A model generated the notes under the pieces. That model saw nothing but the letters and a program-made list of their open reading frames with translations. It had not been told where the DNA came from and searched no databases. From contig JAHBTS010000002.1 of the NCBI GenBank assembly GCA_019638515.1, positions 239,558-303,557 on the forward strand: a DNA stretch of 64,000 nt. The letters run 5' to 3'. This stretch comes from Chitinophagales bacterium (GTDB lineage: Bacteria > Bacteroidota > Bacteroidia > Chitinophagales > LD1). How positions within the stretch are numbered: position 1 is the stretch's first letter; the number at the start of each line of letters is the position of its first letter. Positions 1 through 8,041 of the stretch are shown here, piece after piece. The translations under genes were made by a program, and so were the position numbers.

Positions 1-1985
1 GAGCCAATACCATCTAATAACTTCATTTCCTCAATTTCGCAATTATCGGTTGCTTGTGGCTTTTCATAGTTTACTACAGTACCGTCTTGGTCGGCTTCTA
101 CATAAATAATTTTATCATCGGGGCAGTTTATTTTTGGCTCTTCGTTATCAGTAACTTTCACCATAAACGAACAGCTTTTAGCACTACCGTTTAAAGTTGC
201 TTTGTAGATATTATCGGTTGCTCCGACTTTAAAAAACGAACCGCTTTTTAATCCTTCGCTTTGGGCTAACACCGCTCCGGGTGCACCAACCGCTTCGGGC
301 AAGGTATAGCTTACCACCGCACCACATTTGCCTGCATCGTTATGTGTTCTTATATCATCCGGACACTTCACTCTAAAATCTTGATTGGCACAAAGCACCG
401 TAACCTTAAACACACATTCGTTTACATTGCCTGCCTCGTCTTTTGCCTCAAACTTTACCACGGTGCTGCCAATCGGGAAATTGCCGCCACTTTCTACTCC
501 TGAAATAAGTTGCACAGCAATATCTTTGCCGTTATCGGTAGCTTTAGGACGAGTGTACACCACCTTAGCATAATCTTTACCGGGTTCACAGTCCATTACA
601 ATATCTTTCAAGCAATTTATGGTAGGCGGTGTTCTATCCACGGGTACCACCGGAGGTGGCGGTGGTGGAGGTGTTTCCTTAGGTTTTTCTTGCACCACCG
701 GAGGAGGTACTTCTTTAGGCTTCTCAGGCTGTGGAGGTGGCGGAGGTGCTTGAGCCGTAACCTTAGCTTTTTCAACTATTATATTGAAACTACAGGTTGC
801 TGTATTGCCTGCCGCATCGGTAGCCTTTACCTTAATGCTGTGTGTTCCTACAGAAAACATTTCACCCGATGCCAATCCCGACAACAATTCTACTTTAGCA
901 TTGCCACAGTTATCGGATGCTTGTGGCGTATTGTAACTAACGCGCTTACCACTTTCTGTAGCTTCGCATTGTACACGTATATCTGTGGGACAAGTAATTA
1001 CAGGCGGTTCCGCATCTTTAACTTCTACATAATAGGTGGCTGTTAACTGCTCGCCATTATCGCTATTGGCTAAGAAAGAAAGCGGTGTTCTACCCACAGA
1101 AAAAGTGCTACCGCTCGATGGCCCTGCCACCCTAACCACATTAGCGCTGCCGCAGTCTATAAATGCTTGAGGCTCCTTATAAAATACTTTTGCAAAACAT
1201 TTCCCAGGCTCGGTTTTCATAACTATGTTAGATGGTACATCTATATCGAAACGGTTAGAAAAAACAGCGCCTGTTTGATCGTTGTACAAAGACAGTACTT
1301 CATTTTGCGACAAGCCTACACTATATAAGCGCAACTCATCCATGGAGCCGCAAAAAAACTCTGTGCTTCCCGGAATATCGCGCCCAATTTCGAGTGGTGC
1401 ATTATTGGGGGTAAGGCTCTTGTTATAGGCAAAGTTCCATACCTTTTGTCCATCAAGATAAACGGCAACTTCGTTTCCATCATAGGTTTGTACATAATGA
1501 TACCAGATATCAAAATTCAATTTTTGCGACCAGTATTCAGTAAAATCTGTATTGAGCGAAACAGTACTTTGCGGTCCTTCCAATGCTTGAACTCTATACT
1601 GCGGATTATTATCGGTTTCTCTTGGCTCTATTCCTTTACATACTAAAGTTATCCATTTAATATTAGGTGTAGCAATACTGGGTTTCATTTTTATCCATGC
1701 CGAAATGCTAAACGCAGTACTAGGCGACTGCAAACTATTGGAATTAGGAACAGAAATAAATCCTGAAATGCCATCGAAATCTAATGCACCACAACTGTTG
1801 CCAAATCGGTCGAAACCACGCTTTACATTGCCGATAATTTTACCATTGTTGTTGTTACCGCTTTTATCGCCTGCACTCGTATTATCGAATGGATAATAAG
1901 CAATGAGTCCTTTCCGTGGCAATTGAGCTAATGCAGCAGTTGCAACGAAAAAAGAAAGCAACACAAATAGAATAGAATATCGCAA
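1..1985 (-). CDS. LamG-domain / HYR-repeat surface protein, N-terminal part (gene runs off the left edge)
   Basis: Own translation of the minus strand; absent from the ORF track because there is no stop in the window. A possible TTG start at 1985 is followed by the signal-like RYSILFVLLSFFVATAALAQ. A LamG-like segment ends FCGSMDELRLYSVGLSQNEV. A Pro-rich linker lies at nt ~640-765. Several HYR-like modules follow (PPVITCPTDIRVQCE..YNTPQASDNCG..GTHSIKVKATDAAGNTATCSFNIIV). Start codon uncertain. Confidence 0.75.
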   Translation of the reverse strand, partial: MRYSILFVLLSFFVATAALAQLPRKGLIAYYPFDNTSAGDKSGNNNNGKIIGNVKRGFDRFGNSCGALDFDGISGFISVPNSNSLQSPSTAFSISAWIKMKPSIATPNIKWITLVCKGIEPRETDNNPQYRVQALEGPQSTVSLNTDFTEYWSQKLNFDIWYHYVQTYDGNEVAVYLDGQKVWNFAYNKSLTPNNAPLEIGRDIPGSTEFFCGSMDELRLYSVGLSQNEVLSLYNDQTGAVFSNRFDIDVPSNIVMKTEPGKCFAKVFYKEPQAFIDCGSANVVRVAGPSSGSTFSVGRTPLSFLANSDNGEQLTATYYVEVKDAEPPVITCPTDIRVQCEATESGKRVSYNTPQASDNCGNAKVELLSGLASGEMFSVGTHSIKVKATDAAGNTATCSFNIIVEKAKVTAQAPPPPPQPEKPKEVPPPVVQEKPKETPPPPPPPVVPVDRTPPTINCLKDIVMDCEPGKDYAKVVYTRPKATDNGKDIAVQLISGVESGGNFPIGSTVVKFEAKDEAGNVNECVFKVTVLCANQDFRVKCPDDIRTHNDAGKCGAVVSYTLPEAVGAPGAVLAQSEGLKSGSFFKVGATDNIYKATLNGSAKSCSFMVKVTDNEEPKINCPDDKIIYVEADQDGTVVNYEKPQATDNCEIEEMKLLDGIG

Positions 1986-1995
1986 GGTGCGTTTT

Positions 1996-2886
1996 TTATT
2001 CGTAGTAATATACTAATAGGTTGGTAGCTTTTTCGGCTGGTGTTTTGCCCACAATATCGTTGCGTTTATTGCCTCTTTCATCGTATAATTCAAATACGTT
2101 TTGCATACCGGTATCGAGATTTATCATAAAGATAACTTCATCCATTTCTTTAAATTTCTTCAGAAAATCGAAAGCATCCAATGCTGCTTGCGACAATGTT
2201 TGCTCTTCATCGGTATGTACAATAACGTGGTAGAGAACACCGCCCATTTTGCAGGCTGCCAAAAACCTGCGAGAAGCTTTATTCTGGCTTCCGTTTAGTC
2301 CAACTTTGGGCTGGTCTTTAAATGCCAGCAAGTGGGTTTGGAAAGTAGTAGCCTCTACATCTTTAGCACAGGCTATAAACTCTTGCCTATCGAACGTATT
2401 GTTTTTAATGTCGTACGACTTAGGTTGTCCATTACACGTAATGTTTACCTTTTGTTCCTTTATATTAGCAACTGCAATACCTCCTGTGGCATATACAATT
2501 ACAAAACCATCAAATTTATCGGTGGTTTTTTCGTTCACAATTTTGCCATTGTCTATGGTTAAACCTTCGGGAACAAAATTAGCTTGCTTATAGCTTTCCA
2601 GATCTATGTATGTACCACTGGAAATAAGTACAATATCCTTACCTGTTTTCCATCTTTGGTAGCGATCATACACATTTAAACCACCTTCTTTAAAAGCAAA
2701 ATACTTTGCTTTTATTCTTTGGTTGCTGCGGTTCATGGTTATCATTTTGTAAACCTTATTACCAAATTTTGAACTGGTAATTTCTACCTCACTGGAGGCG
2801 TATGCCGCGCGAATAGAAGTTTTATGCCCAATTGAAAATGAACACAAAATACCTACGATTAGAAGTGCAAAAATTCCTTGCTTCAT
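1996..2886 (-). CDS. hypothetical secreted protein (weak resemblance to phosphodiester glycosidase/DUF2233-type proteins)
   Basis: ORF 1996..2952. The internal start MKQGIFALLIVGILCSF (ATG at 2886) gives a signal peptide and removes the overlap with the upstream gene ending at 2894. No diagnostic motif recognised with certainty. Confidence 0.6.
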   Translation of the reverse strand: MKQGIFALLIVGILCSFSIGHKTSIRAAYASSEVEITSSKFGNKVYKMITMNRSNQRIKAKYFAFKEGGLNVYDRYQRWKTGKDIVLISSGTYIDLESYKQANFVPEGLTIDNGKIVNEKTTDKFDGFVIVYATGGIAVANIKEQKVNITCNGQPKSYDIKNNTFDRQEFIACAKDVEATTFQTHLLAFKDQPKVGLNGSQNKASRRFLAACKMGGVLYHVIVHTDEEQTLSQAALDAFDFLKKFKEMDEVIFMINLDTGMQNVFELYDERGNKRNDIVGKTPAEKATNLLVYYYE

Positions 2887-2893
2887 GCTTTGT

Positions 2894-3592
2894 TTACGAT
2901 TTAGATGTAAAAAATTTTTGTTTAATAAAATTGAAACTGGTATAGCAACCAACTAAAGAAACTACGATTCCTAAAAATGCAATTAGTTTAAGGTAAATAG
3001 GCGAACGATCCCAAAAGCGGCTAAGCACGTGTGTCCACGCATACTCTTCTGTAACTTCCAAAAAAAACTTTTGGTATTTAGAAATAGGTGGAAGTGTAAA
3101 ATTATAGTTGCAGTCTATTAAAGCATCGCGCAATTTTCTTATATCGTATTCAAAAACGCGGTCGCGATTTTCTCCCACAATATTCTGCACCTTTGTAGAA
3201 GCATAGTCTAACCAATAAGAACCAATGGCTTTGTACAGAATTGGATCGTAAGTATCCCACTCGCCTATGGTTTTAAACTTTTTTCCCAATTCAATTTTCT
3301 TAAACAAATAGGCAAACGAATCTATGGCATATTCATTTGAATCTGCGGCAAACAACTTTGTAGTAAATACATCATACAATACTTCGCGCCCGCTAAAACC
3401 TAACGAATCAATTTGTTTTTGATGATGCTTTATGGCTCCAATTTCACTAAAATCTACTTCACTCAAATAGCGAGCATAATTGAAATTGCCGGAGCTATCA
3501 AAATATTCTTGCTTTGAAATACTCCATGAAGCAACTGCACTTAAACACCATGCTAACAGAATAAATGAAAATATTGAAAAGCGAGTTGCCAT
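2894..3592 (-). CDS. hypothetical protein with signal peptide and C-terminal TM anchor
   Basis: 232-aa ORF with signal MATRFSIFSFILLAWCLSAVAS and C-terminal helix IYLKLIAFLGIVVSLVGCY. It is tightly spaced with its neighbours, 12 nt and 7 nt away. Confidence 0.6.
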   Translation of the reverse strand: MATRFSIFSFILLAWCLSAVASWSISKQEYFDSSGNFNYARYLSEVDFSEIGAIKHHQKQIDSLGFSGREVLYDVFTTKLFAADSNEYAIDSFAYLFKKIELGKKFKTIGEWDTYDPILYKAIGSYWLDYASTKVQNIVGENRDRVFEYDIRKLRDALIDCNYNFTLPPISKYQKFFLEVTEEYAWTHVLSRFWDRSPIYLKLIAFLGIVVSLVGCYTSFNFIKQKFFTSKS

Positions 3593-3604
3593 AGCCGAAC
3601 CAAA

Positions 3605-4945
3605 TTAAAAGGAATGTGTGAAGTTATATGCCAAAGTAATTTGCGAATAAAAGTTCTTGGTTTTAGCCGGAGTTATTACCTCCGTTGGAAGCTTAGAAGA
3701 AGCCACAGTATTCAATCCCATATCGCCTGAAATATAAATGATGCGACCAATGTTTATTGCCAATCCAAAGCCATATAACTGCCAATCTTTTGATTGTGCG
3801 AGTATATCGCCCGAACTCCAATTCCAAGGATTATCGCGGCTTATATTCCAATACAAATCCACCACTGCCGGAGCAGAGCGCTTGCTCCTTCCCATACGCG
3901 CACCGCGCTTGCCGTTAATTCTAAAACCCATGGTTATTACATCTCTTCGAGTTTGGTAAACGCCAAAATCTTGAATAGATTCAACACGTTTGTGCAAGTC
4001 GGAACCTGTATAGTTTGAAGTGCGGGTGTAATTAAAATCGTGCATCTGCAGGCTGTTCATGTATTTTATTAAATACTTAAACGAGGTCCACCCGATTGCA
4101 AAATCTATTCCAAAATCAAACTTGCTATACTTGTAATTTATCTTATCTTCAAAAGAACCTGCATCGTTAGAGGTTTTCCATGTTCCTCCATTTATCATAG
4201 CCACAGAGCCACCATAAGCCCCCCCCACTATCACACCTAAATGTATATTGGAACGGTACAGCGGATGAAACATAATATCGCCTCTAAATCCCATTCCAAA
4301 AGGATTTACCAGTTTTTGCCCCGAACCAAGAAATGTATTGGAACCACTGCCAATGGTTTGGGTAGAAGTTGTAGTAAAGTTTACAACCATTGGGCGGCTG
4401 CCTATATCAAAACCTACATTTAAACCAAAGCGCATTCCTAAGAACTTTTTATATTTCTTAGAACTTGAAGATGAACTGGAACTGTAAGAACTACTTGAAC
4501 CCGAAGAAGAATTAGAAGGTTGCGAATAGGTAGTAGTTGGCGGTGGTGGTACATACGTTTGCTTTTCTTCAGCCTTTACTGTTCGCTCGCTTATATCTCC
4601 TGTGAGTGTATAATCTATACTTTCGTTTATACCAACTGCACCACCTTGTGTACCAATATCTATATACTTCTGTTCTTTACTATCTGCTTTAGAACAGTTC
4701 TGATATTTAATGGTAACTAGCAATTCTTTCTTACCACTCTGCAATGCCCCTTCAATATTAAAACGGTATTTATTGGTTTTGCCGCTTGGGTCGCAAGAGT
4801 TTGTACTCGTTCTAAAACTAATAGAAACCTTGGTTCCATTTCTATTATAGATTTCGCTCCAAGCGCTATAACCTTGTGCCAATGCATTGTTTCCCCACAA
4901 GAAGCTCACCAATAATAAAACTATAAAAACGTAGTTGTGTTTCAT
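3605..4945 (-). CDS. putative outer-membrane beta-barrel protein with Ser/Pro/Thr-rich linker
   Basis: ORF 3605..4984; preferred start MKHNYVFIVLLLVSFLWGNNALAQ (ATG 4945). Linker PPPPTTTYSQPSNSSSGSSSSYSSSSSSSS. The C-terminal half has alternating aromatic/Gly pattern and ends ..LAYNFTHSF, with the terminal Phe typical of OM barrels. Confidence 0.6.
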   Translation of the reverse strand: MKHNYVFIVLLLVSFLWGNNALAQGYSAWSEIYNRNGTKVSISFRTSTNSCDPSGKTNKYRFNIEGALQSGKKELLVTIKYQNCSKADSKEQKYIDIGTQGGAVGINESIDYTLTGDISERTVKAEEKQTYVPPPPTTTYSQPSNSSSGSSSSYSSSSSSSSKKYKKFLGMRFGLNVGFDIGSRPMVVNFTTTSTQTIGSGSNTFLGSGQKLVNPFGMGFRGDIMFHPLYRSNIHLGVIVGGAYGGSVAMINGGTWKTSNDAGSFEDKINYKYSKFDFGIDFAIGWTSFKYLIKYMNSLQMHDFNYTRTSNYTGSDLHKRVESIQDFGVYQTRRDVITMGFRINGKRGARMGRSKRSAPAVVDLYWNISRDNPWNWSSGDILAQSKDWQLYGFGLAINIGRIIYISGDMGLNTVASSKLPTEVITPAKTKNFYSQITLAYNFTHSF

Positions 4946-4949
4946 GTAT

Positions 4950-5672
4950 TTACGGAAGTTGAATTTTTTGACAAGAACCTGCACTAACAGTAAATGTGCC
5001 CAATGTAACTAAACCATTACAAGTAGTAGTAGCCGTATAAGTGCCAACAGGTAAAGTAAAATTGGCACAATCTGAAATGGTACAACTGGTTGGCACCGAT
5101 GTTTTTAGCCCCGAAACCATAGCACTGCCACCAGAATTATTAAGTGTAACCGTTATTGGAAAACATTGAGAAACCAACGAAGAGTTTCCTGTTGCATAAA
5201 AACTCAACTGCCCCGTATTGCTGCTGTTGTAGCTAACAGATTTAGTTACGCAAGCACTATTAAGATTAATATTGCCACTTGTTACTAATGCTCCGCTATT
5301 AGTACAAGTTACGGTGTAATAATAAGTTCCATATGCCAAGTTAGGGAATGTTGCAGCCCCTGTAGCATTGCAATTAGACGTACTGCTGGTTGTAATTGTT
5401 TGCGTTCCTACACCGCTTAACGTAACAGAATAGTAGTAGCAAGTATTGGGAATGCTGTTGCTTGTATAAAACGTAAGTGTACCTTTTGATACTACATTGG
5501 TTTGATTCAACTCACAGAAATATCCAAAAAAGCCATATGGGCATACGCATTTACCCGATTCGCAAGTACCGCCATTTTGGCAACTGCTTTCACTACATTT
5601 GCGACAGGAAGAAACCGTTAAAACAATACTTATTAATAAAACCCCTACTAAATAAGAGTAGAATTTTGTCAT
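4950..5672 (-). CDS. lipoprotein with N-terminal EGF-like module and two Cys-containing Thr/Ser-rich domains
   Basis: ORF 4950..5684; start MTKFYSYLVGVLLISIVLTVSSC (lipobox-like). EGF-like pattern CQNGGTCESGKCVCPYGFFGYFCE. Two ~85-aa related modules follow (TLTFYTSN.. and QLSFYATGN..). Confidence 0.65.
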   Translation of the reverse strand: MTKFYSYLVGVLLISIVLTVSSCRKCSESSCQNGGTCESGKCVCPYGFFGYFCELNQTNVVSKGTLTFYTSNSIPNTCYYYSVTLSGVGTQTITTSSTSNCNATGAATFPNLAYGTYYYTVTCTNSGALVTSGNINLNSACVTKSVSYNSSNTGQLSFYATGNSSLVSQCFPITVTLNNSGGSAMVSGLKTSVPTSCTISDCANFTLPVGTYTATTTCNGLVTLGTFTVSAGSCQKIQLP

Positions 5673-5761
5673 AGTCCCATTCAATTTGTTAGAAAATCGA
5701 ATGCGAATAAATGTTTTTTGTACAAAAAATTGAAATAAGAGTAAGAATATATAAAAAGAAG

Positions 5762-5795
5762 AAAAAATAAGACCCTGCCCACAGAGCTAGGTCTT
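5762..5795 (-). terminator. putative rho-independent terminator downstream of 5820..6533
   Basis: On the minus strand, AAGACC..(loop)..GGTCTT is followed by ATTTTTTC. It lies 25 nt after the stop of the upstream gene. The stem is only 6-7 bp. Confidence 0.45.
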
Positions 5796-5819
5796 TTAAC
5801 TTATTCTTATACCCTCAAT

Positions 5820-6533
5820 TTATACCCACCATAAACCTAGTATTACAAAATATATTACAATAAATAATATACTAAGCGTAATACCAATAGCGCCAAGTAT
5901 TATACCCAGCAATGCCCATTTTCTTCTATTGAATGATTGAAGCCCCAAAATACCCAACACAATACCACCAGCTCCCAAGAAAATTGAGAAAAAGTTAAAG
6001 AAAGGAATAGGAGATGTTCCCGCAGAAACTATTCCCAATATTCCACCCACCAATGCCAAAATATCTCTTGCATCATCACTCATGCGCTGTGCTGGTTTTT
6101 TAAATATAATTTGCTGCGTCATTTTGGTAAGTGCCTTAAACTCTGTTGCTTTTACCATCATTTTTCCTTCGCTGTTACGGGTTAAAAACACCTTATTATT
6201 AGAGTATTGAGTAAGCACCTTATTTACCTTCTCAAAATTTCCGGCCTCAATTTCTTTTGCCAAGTAAGAAGGAATACGCGTGCTTACCGGAGTTTCTTGC
6301 CTTAAAAATGCCAACAGTTGCGACTGCTTAGCAGAGCGTGGAGCAACTTCAGCTGTCTTTTGTGCTACCACCTTTGCTTTCTTCGGTAAAGAATAGTATT
6401 TATATGCCATTATAGGGCGCTGTATATGGCGCGAAGCCATGTTGGGGCATTTGGTTGCGCTTCCTGTTGTAGAGCAACTGCTTACTATGTAAATAACACA
6501 CAGACCAAAAAGTAAAATGTAAATGTTTTTCAT
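5820..6533 (-). CDS. hypothetical lipoprotein/membrane protein with Gly-rich C-terminal TM helices
   Basis: 237-aa ORF. N-terminus MKNIYILLFGLCVIYIVSSC (lipobox-like). C-terminal hydrophobic GxxxG-rich helices (GGILGIVSAG...ILGAIGITLSILFIVIYFVILGLWWV). Confidence 0.6.
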   Translation of the reverse strand: MKNIYILLFGLCVIYIVSSCSTTGSATKCPNMASRHIQRPIMAYKYYSLPKKAKVVAQKTAEVAPRSAKQSQLLAFLRQETPVSTRIPSYLAKEIEAGNFEKVNKVLTQYSNNKVFLTRNSEGKMMVKATEFKALTKMTQQIIFKKPAQRMSDDARDILALVGGILGIVSAGTSPIPFFNFFSIFLGAGGIVLGILGLQSFNRRKWALLGIILGAIGITLSILFIVIYFVILGLWWV

Positions 6534-6643
6534 AATCGCATGTATTTAGTTAATAATATATCAAACCAACAAAAAAATATGTACCCAACAAAATATCAGC
6601 ACAATTAAACCACTTACCTTTTGAAAAGTACTAGAAAAACAAG

Positions 6644-7630
6644 ATGTTCGTTTCGTTACTTATGCAGCAACTTATTTCTTTATGTATCCTGCTATTGGCA
6701 TTAGCGAGTCAAGCGCAGCAAAAGCCAGTATCCAACACTTCTAAACTACCGCAACGCCCCACGCTCAGCAAGCACGATTTAAAACAAATAAAAGCTATTG
6801 AAGATACGCTTAAAAGCCTCAGCTATATTACACTAAACGATAGCACCGATGAAGGCAGAAAGAAAGCCTGCTATACCATGATACCAACTTTAGTGCGTGC
6901 ACTAAAAATAACCAACTCGTTTTACTACCCTTTCGATTCTGTTGTAAGCATATCTAAGGTTTATCCGCCAGACAGCACTTTTAGAATACTTACATGGCAA
7001 ATGCAGCAGCGAACTTCATTTAGATATTATGGTGTAATGCAAATGCGCTCAGGCGAAATGAAAATATTTCCACTAGTAGATAACAGCGATACCATGCAAC
7101 ATCAAACTCAACAAATTTTGGGTAAAAACAATTGGTATGGTTGCCTCTACTACAACATTTTGCTTCATATAGTAAACAAGAAAAAATACTATACCCTCTT
7201 TGGATATGAAAGAGGCGATTTTCTTACCAAAAGAAAAATTTTAGAAGTGCTTACTTTTAATGAAAAGAAAGAGCCCGTTTTTGGAGCCCCACTCTTTTTA
7301 AAGCATGAAGGCGATAGCGCCAAACCAATGCGTACAGACACTTTTAACCGATACTTTATTGAGTACAAATGGAAGGCAAACCCAACCATGAATTACGATA
7401 AAAAGTTAGACCTTATAGTATTTGACCATTTGGTTCCTCCGCGCGATATAGCCCGCGATACTTATTTTACTTACGTACAAGACGGCACCTACGAAGGTTT
7501 TAAATGGGTGAACAACCATTGGGTTTGGCTCGAAAAAGTATTTACATTTTCTATAGATGAAAACGATAACCCTCCTATTCCATCGCCACTTTTTGGCACA
7601 CCGCACAAGCAGCCGGAGTTGCCTAAATAG
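6644..7630 (+). CDS. hypothetical secreted protein
   Basis: 328-aa ORF with signal-like LISLCILLLALASQAQQ. No recognised domain. The only long ORF in this interval. Confidence 0.6.
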   Translation: MFVSLLMQQLISLCILLLALASQAQQKPVSNTSKLPQRPTLSKHDLKQIKAIEDTLKSLSYITLNDSTDEGRKKACYTMIPTLVRALKITNSFYYPFDSVVSISKVYPPDSTFRILTWQMQQRTSFRYYGVMQMRSGEMKIFPLVDNSDTMQHQTQQILGKNNWYGCLYYNILLHIVNKKKYYTLFGYERGDFLTKRKILEVLTFNEKKEPVFGAPLFLKHEGDSAKPMRTDTFNRYFIEYKWKANPTMNYDKKLDLIVFDHLVPPRDIARDTYFTYVQDGTYEGFKWVNNHWVWLEKVFTFSIDENDNPPIPSPLFGTPHKQPELPK

Positions 7631-7633
7631 CAT

Positions 7634-8041
7634 TTATAGTGTATTGCTTTTTTCTGCAAAGGCAATAATATGCCCATCTAAATCTGCAAAATAGCAAACA
7701 TTATCGCCCCAGTTGCGCGGCTCTATTGGGCTTATGAGCTTGGCTCCGCATTGGAGCGCATTGGCAAACTCTGCTTCAATTGCATCTACATAAAGGTAAA
7801 GCTCGCACCTAGGGATACCGTTTCCCAGAGCAGGATGTGGTGTTTTATCCGATAAAATAGCTGCTATTCCACTATTGGGCATTAAACCCAACTTACAATT
7901 AGGAGCAAGTAAAAATTCTGTCATTCCCGGCACATGCAAGCAAGGTGTTTGCCTAAACAACTGCGTATAAAATTGGCAACTTGCTTCTTGGTTGCTTACA
8001 TAAAGTATGGTTTCTACAAATTTAATTTGCTTCACCGCCAT
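7634..8041 (-). CDS. VOC (glyoxalase/bleomycin-resistance) family protein
   Basis: ORF 7634..8062 has a TTG start; the ATG at 8041 (MAVKQIKFVETILYVSN) is preferred. The pattern VETILYV...CELYLYVDAIEAEF...GDNVCYFADLDGHIIAF is typical of the VOC fold. Its 5' end overlaps the upstream antiporter stop at 8022. Confidence 0.7.
   Translation of the reverse strand: MAVKQIKFVETILYVSNQEASCQFYTQLFRQTPCLHVPGMTEFLLAPNCKLGLMPNSGIAAILSDKTPHPALGNGIPRCELYLYVDAIEAEFANALQCGAKLISPIEPRNWGDNVCYFADLDGHIIAFAEKSNTL

Noticed and set aside
385-1046. Plus-strand ORFs of 62 and 178 aa at the left edge
   Set aside because: They are antisense to the LamG/HYR gene, whose minus-strand translation is open across the whole interval with recognisable domains. 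The 178-aa product is Arg/Cys/Phe-rich nonsense.
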